Origin: Geosiphon pyriformis uo1
Lineage: Eukaryota > Fungi > Glomeromycota
Length of the DNA: 64,000 bases
Direction of reading: 5' to 3'
NCBI GenBank assembly: GCA_016748015.1
Contig: JAAOMT010000198.1
Coordinates: 477,380 to 541,379, forward strand
The notes under the pieces were generated by a model, which made no database searches, was not told the origin of the DNA, and was given only the letters and a program-made list of their open reading frames with translations. The position numbers were made by a program, and so were the translations under genes. Shown here piece after piece: positions 25,785 to 38,210 of the stretch. Within the stretch, counting starts at the first letter, position 1. Every line of letters begins with the position of its first letter.

Positions 25785-27657
25785 TAAAAGTGGTGCTTCC
25801 TGTAAGGTTGTCAAAATCCACTTTGTTTCCTATTGTATGGGTGATTATTCATATCTGTCACAACAATCAGAAGAACACTTTGAAGCATACAACAAAAACA
25901 ATCTAGACTTTATTGAACTCAATCCTTTGCTCTCCTGCTTGATTTGCTTCTCCATTGAAGAACAATTCAGCAGACAATTCCAAGACTTTTGAAACTGGTT
26001 TCTGAATGAGCATTCAGCTGAAATCTATACAGCTTATACAATCTATTACTTTGACCAAGCTTATTTTAAAGACAACTTTGAAGAAAGAAACAACAGTATT
26101 AATCAGCTCTTATATTCTACAATCTTTGAACAACAGCCCCCTGATTTCGAATATCTGAATCATTAAATCCACATTTGGATTGCTGCTCATCAATCAACTT
26201 AAATTTCTCTTGAAACAGAAGAAAAAAACTATCAAACTACTTCTGTTTTTGATATCTTTTTAAGTGAATCAGAACACTCCACACAAACAGTTACATCTGA
26301 ACCAATGGCTCAAGACCCTTTGTAACAAAATATTCTGATTGTCTTCCAAGATATACAAACTGCTTTAGGGCAAAGAAACAACACTCCATTACTATTATTC
26401 AGAGATGATGCCCATGATCCAATTGAATGGCTGAATGATTTTGAGAAAGCTGTTACAGCAAACCAATATGATAATGAATACAAGTTTTAAATCATTGGTG
26501 GCTATCTCCAAGGCTCTTCTGCTACTTGGTTCTTACAAGAAACCAATGCCAATGCTTAGCAAAAAATCATTAGATGGACACCAGTAAATGTTGGAGAAGA
26601 TAACATCTCTTTTACTACCCGGTTTGAAACAAAATTTAAAACTTCTATCTTGATATCCAAATGGCACATGGAATTGAAAAGAAGAACTCAAGGCTCTGGG
26701 GAGATTGTAATGGAATATGCCAAAGCAATAAGAAAACTCATTAAACAGGTAGACTTTGGAAAAAATTAGACAGAAGAGCAGAAAATACATTTCTTCACAA
26801 AAGAACTGAGAACTGATCTATCATATGCTTTTTGATCTCTTCTGGCCTTGAAAGATAATTCCACAATGGATATGGCTATTAAACTTGTCCAAAGAATAGA
26901 AGACAATTAAAGAATGCACCTAGAATCTACTCTTCTAGTTTTTGCTCCTGCCCCTGTCATGGTGTTATGGGTTGGAGTAACAAGCTAACAGATAGCAAGA
27001 GAGAACAGTATTGTATGGTAATGGAAATAAACAAAGAGGGAATTACAATAAGGGAGCAAATTAAATAAGTAGGAATTCAATGTGCATAATCAGTCTCATT
27101 AAAATCACAGTTGCTAATCTTTTCTTAAATCTGAAAGTAGAGGAATAGTCCGTGATTGTCAACAAGATAACACCGCTGCTATTATTCTATGCCTCAACTC
27201 GGCGATTCTTAGAATCAATAATAGGTATTGTTGTGCTTTTCAATCGTTTCTTTATTCAATAAATTACAAGAGCAAGCCAATTGCTTCTTAGGCTAATTCT
27301 AACAAATACAAATCAAGAAGGGAAAAAGATAAGGTATGTGAATGCCAACAAGTAGATACTTGAAGGTAAGGAAAGGGGAATAAGCGATTATGAGAGGAAG
27401 TAATTGATATTGTTTATTTCATTACTTTGATCATGTCTTTCTACAGCTAAGGGAATCATCACTTATATAGCTATCTAAAGTGGTCAACGACCAGGTCAAT
27501 AATCAGGTCAATGATCAAGTCAACAATCAAGTCATTGATCAGATCAATGATTAGGTCAATAATCAGGTCAACAGGCAGGTCATTGATCAGGTCAATAATC
27601 ACTATCTAAAAATAGGGTGGCTAATTATATGACATCAGTGGCTAATACATGTGATAA

Positions 27658-28314
27658 CTAATAAAAACTATGGGTTTCAACCATAACATCATCCTCTCCA
27701 AAAAGATTAAGCTCCAGCAAAATCAAGCTATTTATGGGATAGTCTATGTGAAGGGTTTTGTCTAACTCAAAACTAACTAGTTTGTTGAAGTCTTTTGTGA
27801 ATAGAGTATATAATACTTGAAGTGAAATAAGTTTTGTATCCAAGAGACCAAATCTTTGTATAAGAGTTCTGGCTCTTTTAGCAATGGTCAAAACTCTTGG
27901 GACATCCAATCGTATAATGCCCAAAATTTCCCCTTGTATCTCTGAAGTTGTTTTCTTCATGAGCTTTATGTCTTCTATGATTTCACTAAGACGACCATAG
28001 AGTTCTAGTTGTCTTCTATATGACAAGTTTTTGTCTATAGGCAAGATTTCTTGTATTGTTTTTCCAATTATGCTAGAAAGTGAAAGTATTGCTGCTGTTA
28101 TGCTTTCCAGCAGATATTTATCCATTTTGCCACCAATTCTTTCTCTTCTGGTAGTTGTTTTCTTTGGTCTGATAACAGTGTGAGTTCCACTGTTGTCTGT
28201 TATAGTTGTTTGTTTTCCGATAGTCAGAATAGCATTTGGATAGTTCTTGATCCAGTACTCATGGAGAGTATAGAAAGCGTTTTGAATGTTTTGATCCAGG
28301 AAATAATTGTTCAT
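27658..28314 (-). CDS. Family A ORF3 (unknown function), intact 218-aa copy in A2
   Basis: ATG start MNNYFLDQNIQ; uninterrupted; homologues at the same position in all copies whose 3' end is visible. Confidence 0.75.
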   Translation of the reverse strand: MNNYFLDQNIQNAFYTLHEYWIKNYPNAILTIGKQTTITDNSGTHTVIRPKKTTTRRERIGGKMDKYLLESITAAILSLSSIIGKTIQEILPIDKNLSYRRQLELYGRLSEIIEDIKLMKKTTSEIQGEILGIIRLDVPRVLTIAKRARTLIQRFGLLDTKLISLQVLYTLFTKDFNKLVSFELDKTLHIDYPINSLILLELNLFGEDDVMVETHSFY

Positions 28315-28359
28315 GTCAATTGAAGATATCTCTGTTTTGGGAATGGTGCATTTATTTAT

Positions 28360-31300
28360 ATCTGATTTTTGCTAATCATTTGGGTCAGTATTACCACAAC
28401 AGGTAACCAATTAGATTGTTTGTGATATTTCTTGAGTCGTGTGCCATGAACAGGGCAATCACTGAATTTTGTTCCATATTGATCTTGTAGGATATATGAA
28501 CCATTGTTCAAAACTTTGTTGACTATAAAAGGTCTTTTCTAGTGGCTGGAAAATTTATCACCATAGACATTGTCTCTGTCTGAACAGTATTCCAAAACTA
28601 AGTCACTAACACTTAAGGAAAGTGTTTTATAGGTTTTTTTCTTTTTAAGCTTCTCTTGGAACTGTTTTATCTTTTCAAAGGCAATTATCCGTGCTTCTAC
28701 CAATGAGTCAAGAATAGTACCAAGTCTTCTTTGCAAAATGTCCTTGTAATCTCCTATTGTTATTTCTTCAAAAGATATTGTTTCTATATTTGTTTTTATT
28801 GGTAGAGTTGCCATTTATCCATAGAGTAGATAAAAGGGTTCATAACTTGTTATGTCATGATTCACAGTTCTGTAGGCGAACAAAGCTGAAGGCAATACTT
28901 TGTTTCATAAGTTGGTTTCTTCACTGGTTTTGGCTAGGGTTTCACATAGTGTTCTATTGAAACGTTCTACTAGGCCATTTGTTTGGGGGTGATAAGGGGA
29001 AGAGAGTTTATGACATATTCCCATTTTTCTGCAAAGTTCTTTAACCAGTGTACTGAGAAAAGCTCTTCCTCTGTCAGATAAAAGTTCTTTGGGGCAGCCG
29101 TGACAACAGATAATATCTTCATAAATGAAATTGGCAATTGAGACTGCTGTTTGATCTGGGGTGGCTCTTGCTTCTACCCACTTTGTAAGATAGTCGGTAA
29201 CTGTGATAATGTATCTATTGCCATCAGGAGTTACTGTTAAAGGTCCAACAACATCTATACCAATTCTATCAAATGGTTGACCAACAGAGATTGGATGGAT
29301 ATCTTCCTTGTGATTGGGTTTTCCTCTTCTTTGGCAGGTATCACAGGTTTTGATGTATTCAGCAATGTCTTTTCCCAAGGTAGGCCAATAATAGCGAGCT
29401 AAAGTTTCTGAATCATTTTTGTTTTTCCAAAGTGTCCAGCTAATGGATCAGTGTGCATATTGTAGATCACAATTTTTCTTTCTTCAAATCTAATGACTCT
29501 CTGGAGGTGGTCAAGATCTTTTTTATTTCTTTTATATAACTGGTTCTGGCGAATCAAATAGAAATTTGATTGTTTGTGCAAATGTTCTCTTTGCTGTTAA
29601 GTATAGTCCAGCGGGTATTGTTCTTTACCCAAAAATTCCATTAAGGCAGAGTGGTTGTCCAAGTTCATTATCGTGTTTGTTTGTAGGGAAGTTACAAATA
29701 ATAAGGTTGGTTTGGTTTAAGAGAGTTTTGCTATTACTGAATGGTAAGTCTGGAAAGAGTATTGGCATTTTGATGATTAGCTTCTTTGCGGTGTTGAATG
29801 TCATAGTCAAATTCATCTAAGTAGAGTATCCAGCAAGTTATCCGTTTATGTTCCAGGTTTCTTTTGTTGCATAGCCAAACCAAAGCTTGATGATCTGTTA
29901 CCACCAAAAATTTTACACCTTTGAGATATTTGTCCCAGTAGTTGATAGCCCAAACTACTGCTAAGCATTCTTGCTTAGTGACTGAGTAGTTCTTTTCTGC
30001 TGGTGTGAGAGTTCTACTGGCATATGCTACAGCATGTTCCTTGCCATTTTCGTCTTTCTGAGAAAGAACAGCACCAAGTCCATAGCCAGATGCATCAGTG
30101 TGGAGGATAAAAGATTGATCCAAATTAGGTTGCATGAGGATGGGTTCTGTAACCAGTTTTTCCTTCAGAATTTCAAATGCTTTTTGTTAATGAGTGTCTC
30201 AGTGATAATTGATGTTTTTTCTAAGTAGCTGATTGAAAGGAGCGGCAATTTTGAAGAAATCCTTGACAAACTTGCGATAATAAGAAGCCAAATTAAGAAA
30301 AGAGTGTAGTTCATGAACATTCATTGGTTGTCTAATGTTTTGAACTTTTTCAATTTTGGCTGGATCAGAGAAGATTCCATCTTTTGTAATAAGATGGCCA
30401 AGGAACTGGGTAGATTGACGTCCAAAGAATGATTTGATTGGATTGATCTTGAGACCAGCATTTCTAAGGAGGTCAAAAACTTTTTGCAAATGTTCAAGGT
30501 GTTCATCCCAGGTTTTTGAGTATACCATTATGTCGTCCAAGTAGACTAGAACAAAGTTTTCTTTTACTGATTCAAATACTTTGTCCATTAAGCATTGAAA
30601 GATGGGAGGGGCATTTGTGAGACCAAAAGACATGACTGTGAATTTGTAGGTGTCATACTTGGTGATGAAGACAGTTTTCTTTCTGCTTTCTGTATCCATC
30701 TCTACTTGCCAGAATCCAGCAGTTAAGTCAATGGTTGAAAAAAAAGCGGCACCATGGAATTGGTCTAGCATTGCATCAATTTTGGGAAGTGGGTACATGT
30801 CTCTTTCAGTAATGGCATTTAATTGGTGATAGTCAACACAAAAGCGTAGAGTTCCTTCTTTTTTGGATACCACTACAACTGGGAATGCCCATTCACTCTT
30901 GGTTTCCTGTATGAATCCAAGGGTTTTCATTCGGGTTATTTCCTTTTTAATAAACTCATCATTGTGCCGGTTGGATTGATAGGGCTTCAAATGGATGGGG
31001 CGAGTTTCTCTAGTGATGATGGTGTGTTGTATCACATGTGTATGTCCAGGAGGTTCACCTTCTTTTGAGACAACTGGGCTGTTTCTAGCCAGCAGGTTTT
31101 CAATGTCTATCTTTCTTTCTTCTGGAGAGAGTTCTTTTTGTTCTACAACCAGTGATTGAATTTCAGGTGGTTTGTTTTCAAAGGACTTTTGGACTTCTTT
31201 TATTTCCTCATGGGGTATTAAGCTGATTGGTTCCCAATCTTTGTAATAGATCAGGCAAGACATGCATTCATCACTAGGAGAATACAATGGTTTGTCACAC

Positions 31301-32427
31301 CAGCACCGGACACAAAGACCATGCCACCAATAACTGTATTTGGCTTTCTTGTCTGGCTTTCTGTCAAAAGTTCTTCTAAGCATGTCATAATAAGACCAGC
31401 AGATTAGCTTGCCATTGACAATGATTCTTTCTTTATCTGCCTTGACATTATCCAGTAGTTTGCCATTGCTGGTGAAGATGGTATAGGCGAGTTCAGCAGT
31501 TTCTTCTTGTTCTTCTTGTTCTTTTTCTTTCTCACTTTCTTCATCATCTGATTCATCTGATTCATTTTCTTCTGGGCTCTGCTTAGATACTGGGGGAGTT
31601 GTCCAATGGTGACATTTAACCACAATGGGTTTCTTACCACATCTGATGGTTAGTTCACAGGGTTCATAATCAAGCAAAGCTTTTGCTTTCTTGAGCCATT
31701 CATTGCCAACAATGATAGTGTATTCTTTCACTTCAGATACTTCCATATCAGTTTCAATACTAATGCCATTGATGCGGACAGGAATAGCTTTGGCTATGCC
31801 AAGCCCTTTCTTCTTATCACCATGTACATTGATCATTAGTCATGTGGATGATTCATCAATTTTTCTGCCAATTGCTTCAAGAAAGTGTTTAGCAATAACA
31901 CTAACAGATAATCCACTGTTTAGGATCAAATCGATGAAGTAGCCAGCCACTTGGGCTTTGCAAATTAGAGGAGTAATATTGCTATTGTCAGCAAGTCCAG
32001 CTTGGTAAGGGCGTTTGTTGGTTTTGGGTGTCTTTTTCTTTAGAATCAAAGATTTGCGAAGATCTTTTCTGAATTGTGGATGGGTCATCAATTGGCCAAA
32101 GATTATATATGCTGGGGTTTCCATGAGGTCTTTGACAACAGAATAGGGGCTGGATTTTTGTACTATTTCTGGGGGTTCCAACTTTGGAGGGTTTTTAAAA
32201 ACTTTGGCTTTTGGGGGCTCATTGTTGTCAACAGTTGATGTAGAAGCTTTATTGGAGTCCAGAACGAAATCAACTTTGGCTTTCTTCTTCTTTCTTGTGG
32301 ATTCAGAGGGGTTGATTGCTAATTCATCTATGTCATGGTTATCATCATTTAAGTTAAAAGCGTAAAAAAAGTTTTTTTTTGGTTGGCTTGCACTTTCATC
32401 CTTTGGAGGTGCACCTACCAGTTTAAA
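28360..32427 (-). pseudogene. A2 pol (PR-RT-RNaseH-IN), few disruptions
   Basis: ORFs 31840-32181, 30199-31836 (VYLDDIMVYS), 29734-30135, 28905-29378 (GIDVVGP, LSDRG, GLVERFNRTL). Confidence 0.94.
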
Positions 32428-33497
32428 GGCTGATAAACAGTGGCTTCAACTAGGGGATCCTCTCCAAAGAAATTGATGTTGGCATAATTGGTTTTTTGGT
32501 TGGGCACATTGTTGTTGTTAGGTCTGTTGTTCTGAGCATCATTGTTTCTGGAAACTAGTGAAGGCAGTGGAGGATTGTTGCAATCTCTTGAAAAGTGTCC
32601 AGTTAATCCACAGCGATAGCATACAGGTGGGCCACAATTTTGTTGTCTTTGATAAGATAATTGCTGGGGCTGATTGAAGCATGGTTCAAATCTGGGTCTT
32701 TGTGGTTGTTAATTTTTTCTGACTGCTTGGGCTAAGAGTTCTAATAACTGGGCAAGATTTGCTGTAAGTCTGTCTATTAACTGTTCATTTGGGTCTTGAG
32801 TATGAGTGGCAAAAGAAGTAGCAGCCATTTGAGGGGCAGGAGCCATGACAGGAGCAGGAGCAAAAACTGGTAGTGTGGATCCCAAGTGCATTCTTTGGTT
32901 ATCTTCAATTCTTTGTGCTAATTCAATGGCCATATCCATGGTGGGATTATCTTTCAGGGCCAGGAGGAGCCAAAGAGCATATGATAGATCAGTTCTCAAT
33001 CCTTTTGTGAAGGAGTGAATTTTCTGCTCTTCTGTCCAATTTCTCCCAGAGTCTACACGTTTGATTAGCTTTTTAATAACCTTGGCATATTCAGTCACTA
33101 CTTCTCCAGGACCTTGGGTTCTTCTTTCCAATTCAATGTGCCATTTGGATATTAATATTGGAGTTCTGAACTTGGCCTTAAATCGGGTAGTGGAAGAGGT
33201 ATTTTCTTCTCCAGCATTGATTGGTGTCCATCTGATTATTCTGTGTTGAGCATTGGCATCTGTTTCTTGTGAGAACCAGGTAGCAGGAGAGTCTTGGAGG
33301 TAGCCACCAATGATTTGGAACTTGTATTCTTCATCATACTGGTTGGCTGTGGCAGCTCTCTCAAAATCATCCAACCATTCAATTGGATCTTGTGCATCAC
33401 TTCTAAATAGTGGTAGTGGAGTATTGTTTCTTCTTCCTAGAGCAGTTTGTATACCTTGGAGGGTGGCCAGAATGTTTGCTTGCATGGGGTCATTAGC
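32415..33497 (-). pseudogene. A2 gag (5' part lost in gap 33498-33906)
   Basis: 258-aa ORF 32709-33485 (DPIEWLDDFERAA; QGPGEVVTEY); CYRCGLTGHFSRDC at ~32579-32620. Confidence 0.9.
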
Positions 33498-33906
33498 NNN
33501 NNNNNNNNNNNNNNNNNNNNNNNNNNNNNNNNNNNNNNNNNNNNNNNNNNNNNNNNNNNNNNNNNNNNNNNNNNNNNNNNNNNNNNNNNNNNNNNNNNNN
33601 NNNNNNNNNNNNNNNNNNNNNNNNNNNNNNNNNNNNNNNNNNNNNNNNNNNNNNNNNNNNNNNNNNNNNNNNNNNNNNNNNNNNNNNNNNNNNNNNNNNN
33701 NNNNNNNNNNNNNNNNNNNNNNNNNNNNNNNNNNNNNNNNNNNNNNNNNNNNNNNNNNNNNNNNNNNNNNNNNNNNNNNNNNNNNNNNNNNNNNNNNNNN
33801 NNNNNNNNNNNNNNNNNNNNNNNNNNNNNNNNNNNNNNNNNNNNNNNNNNNNNNNNNNNNNNNNNNNNNNNNNNNNNNNNNNNNNNNNNNNNNNNNNNNN
33901 NNNNNN
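33498..33906. other. Assembly gap (N run)
   Basis: Run of N, shorter than the gag start, PBS and LTR sequence it should contain. Confidence 1.
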
Positions 33907-36639
33907 AGGAATAGTCCGTGATTGTCAACAAGATAACACCACTGCTATTATTCTATGCCTCAACTCAGCGATTCTTAGAATCAATAACAGGTATTATTGT
34001 GCTTTTCAATCATTTCTTTATTCAATGAATTACAAGAGCAAGCCAATTGCTTCTCAGGCTAATTCTAACAAATACAAATCAAGAAGGGAAAAAGATAAGG
34101 TATGTGAATGCCAACAAGTAGATACTTGAAGGTAAGGAAAGGGGAATAAGCAATTATGAGAAGAAGTAATTGATATTGTTTATTTTGTTACTTTGATCAT
34201 GTCTTTCTACAGCTAAGGGAATTATCACTTATATAGCTATCTAAAGTGGTCAACGACCAGGTTAATGATCAGGTCAATGATCAGGTCAACAATCAGGTCA
34301 ACAATCAGGTCAACAATCAGGTCATTGATCAGGTCAATGATCAGGTCAATGGTCAGGTCATTGATCAGGTCAACAATCACTATCTAAAAATAGGGTGGCT
34401 AATTATATGACATCAGTGGCTAATACATGTGATAACTAATAAAAACTATGGGTTTCAACTGTAACAATGGTTTCAGCTCCACAAATAGCAGCTATTTCTT
34501 TTGCCATTCACACTCAAGATCCCAATAAACAATTAATAAACAGACTTACTGCTAACTTTGCTCAGCTATTAAAATCATTAGCCCAAGCAGTCAAAGACAA
34601 CCAGCAACTCCAAAGACCCAGATTTGAACTCTGCTTCAATCAGCCCCAACAACCACCATATTAAAGACAACAAAATCATAGCCCACTTATGTGCTATCAC
34701 TGTAAACTAACTGGACACTTTTTCAGAGACTGCAACAATCTTCTATTGCTCTCTCCAGCTCCTAGAAATAATGACACCCAGAATAACAGACCCAACAATA
34801 ATAATGTTCCCAATCAAAGACTCAATTATGCCAACATCAATTTCTTTGGAGAGGATCCTTTAGTTGAAGCTACTGTTTATCAGCCTTTAAACTGGTAAGC
34901 ACACTTCCAAAGAGTGAGAATGCAAGCCAACCAGAAGAAAACCTCTTTTATGTCTTTAACCTAACTAATAATAACTATAATATAAATAAACTGGCAATCA
35001 ATACATCTGACTTAACAAAAAAAAAGAAGAAAGCCAAGATTGATTTTGTTCTAGATTCCAACAAAGTCTCAACTTCCACTGCTGACAACAATAAGCCACT
35101 AAAGGCTAAAGTTTTTAAAAATTCTCCAAAGTTGAAATTTCCAGAAATAGTACAAAAATTCGGCCCCTATTCTGTTGTTAAAGATCTTATGGAAACCCCA
35201 GCACACATTACATTTGGCCAACTAATGACTCATCTACAGTTCAGAAAAGATTTTCACAAATTATTAATACTAAAAAAAAAGACACCAAAAACCAATAAGC
35301 ATTCTCGCCAAGCTGGACTTGCTGACAACAGCAATGTTACTCCTCTGATTTGCAAAGCCCAAGTGACTGGCTACTTTATCAATTTGATTCTAGACAGTAG
35401 ATTATCTGTTAGTGTAATTGCCAAACACTTTCTGGAAGCCATTGGAAGAAAGATTGATGAACCTTCCACCTAGCCTATGACCAATGTACATGGTGACAAA
35501 AAAAAAATCTGGGTATAGCCAAAGCTATTTCTGTTTACATCAATGGTATCAGCATTGAAACAGGCATGGAAGTATCTGAAGCAAAAGAGTACACCATAAT
35601 TGTTGGCAACAAGTGGTTTAAGAAAGCCAAAGCACTACTTGACTATGAACTTTGTGAGCTAACAATCAGATATGGTGAGAAACCCATTGTGGTTAAATGC
35701 CATCATTGAACAACTCCTCCAGTAACCAAACAGAACCAAAAAGAAGAACAATCAGATGAATCAGATAATAATGAGAGCGATGATGAAAAAGATCAAAAAG
35801 AACAAAAAGAAACTGCTGAACTTGTTTATACTATCGTTACTAGCAATGGCAAGTCATTAGACAATATTAAAGCAGATAAAAAAGGAATTATAGTAAATGG
35901 CAAGCTGATTTGCTGGTCTTACTATGATATTATTACAGTTGAAACCCATAATTTTTATTAGTTATCACATGTATTAGTCACTTATGTCATATAATTAGCC
36001 ACTCTATTTTTAGATAGTGATTATTGACCTGATTAATGACCTGACTGTTGACCTGGTCATTGACCACTTTCAATAGCTATATAAGCAATGAGTCTCTTAG
36101 CTGTAGAAAATCATCTCTCAGACAAGAATCAAATAAATAAAAATAACAACTTTCATCTCAATCACTTTCTTATCACTAATTTCCCTTTCCCTACCTTCAA
36201 GTATCTGAACATCTTAGAATAAAAGATTACTTGTTGGTCTTTTCCTGTTTGAATAATTGTAGTATTTGAAGACTATTTGTATAAATGTGACTGAAAAGCA
36301 CAAGTTGATACCTGATATTGAATTCTAAGAGCACCAACATGAAGGCATAGAATTAATACCAGCAGTAATCAATTGTTGACAGTATGGACTATCCTTCTAC
36401 CTTCAGATTCTCTTGTTACCTTTTGAAAAGAATAGCGACTGAGATATTTTATGAAACTGATCTTGCACATTGAATCCATACTCATTCAATTCACTCTTTA
36501 AAGTTGAATTTCCCTTTGATTATTTCCATCACCCTACAATTCTGTTCTCCCTTGCTATCTGTTAGCTTGTTACTCCAACCCATAACATAAAAGTGGTGCT
36601 CCCTGTGAGGTTGTCAAAATTCACTTATTCCCTCATTGT

Positions 36640-38175
36640 ATGGGTGATTATTCATATCTGCCATAGCAATCAGAAGAACACTTTGCAGCACACAACAGAA
36701 ATGACCTAGATTTCATTGAACTTAATCCTTTGCCCTCCTGCTTGATCTGCTTTCCCATTGAAAAACAAATCCAGCAGACAATTCCAAGACTTTTGGAACT
36801 GGTTTTTGAATGAGCATTCAGCTGAAACCTACACAACTTATACAACCTATTACTTTGATCAAGCTTATTTTGAAGATAACTTTGAAGAAAGAAACAACAG
36901 TATCAATCAGCTCTTATATTCTACAATCTTTGAACAACAGCCCCCTGATTTCGAATATCTGAATCATCAAATCCACATTTGGATTGCTGTCCATCAATCA
37001 ACAGTAACTCCTCTTGAAACAGAAGAAGAAAGCTACCAAACAGCCCCTATTTTTGAACTCTTCTTAAGAGAATCAGAGCACTCCACACAAACAGTAACTC
37101 CTGAACCAATGGCCCAAGTCCCAATGCAAGTAACCATCCTGGCCGCCCTCCAAGGCATACAAACTGCTTTGGGATGAAGAAACAACACCCCACTACCCCT
37201 ATTCAGAGGTGATGTCCAAGATCCAATTGAATGGTTGGACGATTTTGAAAGAACAGCCACTGCCAACCAATATGATGATGAGTACAAGTTCCAAATTGTT
37301 GGTGGCTACCTCCAAGGCTCCTCTGCTACCTGGTTTTCACAAGAAACCAATGCTGGTGCTCAACAAAGAATTGTTAGATGGACCCCAGCAAATATTGGAG
37401 AAAACAACACCTCTTTCACTACCCAGTTTGAAAACAAAATCAGAACCCCCATCTTAATATCCAAATGGCATATGAAATTAGAAAAAAGAACCCAAGGTCC
37501 TGGTGAAATTGTGACTGAATATGCCAAAGCAATCAGAAAACTCATCAATTGTGTAGACTCTGGTAGAAACTAGACTGAAAAGCAAAAGATCCACTCCTTC
37601 ACAAAAGGATTGAGAACTGATTTATCATATGCTTTTTGGCCTCTCTTGGCTTTAAAAGATAATCCCACCATGGATATGGCCATTGAACTCACCCAAAGAA
37701 TTGAAGACAATCAAAGAATGCATTTGGGATCCACACTTTCAGTTTTTGCTCTTCTCAAATGGCTGCTACTTCTTTTGCTGCCCAAACCCAAGACCCAAAT
37801 AAACAATTGATAGATAGACTCACAGCTAACCTTGCCCGATTATTAGAACCATTGGCACAAGCAGTCAGAGATAACCAGCAACCACCAAGACCTAGATATG
37901 AACCTCTTTTTAACCAGCTCCAACAACCTCTCTATTAAAGACAGCAAAATCGTGGCCCACCTGTGTGCTATTGTTGTGGATTAACTGGACATTATTCAAG
38001 AGATTATAACAATCCTCCACTGTCTCCTCCAGCTCCCAGAAACAATGACAACCAAAACAACAGACCCAACAACAACAACAATGTCCCCAATCAAAGACCC
38101 AATCATGCCAACATCAATTTCTTTGGAGAGGATCCCCTAGTTGAAGCCACTGTTTATTAGCCTTTAAACTGGTAG
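36640..38175 (+). pseudogene. A3 gag, disrupted
   Basis: ATG MGDYSYL at 36640; fragments 36758-37177, 37235-37573, 37963-38160. Confidence 0.9.
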
Positions 38176-38210
38176 GCGCATCTCCAAAGGATGAGAGTGC
38201 AAGCCAACCA
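38163..38210 (+). promoter_or_regulatory. Putative -1 ribosomal frameshift signal (T TTA AAC plus hairpin) joining gag and pol
   Basis: X XXY YYZ heptamer in the gag frame, one codon before the gag stop. The -1 frame reads FKLVGA... into pol. Retained in all six visible copies. Confidence 0.82.

Larger units (their letters stand above)
26963..34466 (-). mobile_element. Family A copy A2, inserted in A4 gag, TSD ATGG
   Basis: LTRs 26963-27688 and (gap) 33907-34466; ATGG at 26959-26962 and 34467-34470; best-preserved pol (545-aa ORF 30199-31836). Confidence 0.95.

Noticed and set aside
37175-37177. TGA at the same gag codon in several copies, suggesting a separate upstream ORF or programmed readthrough
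   Set aside because: A6 has CGA, A4 has CAA and A2 has AGA at this codon, which fits recurrent CpG deamination of an Arg codon.
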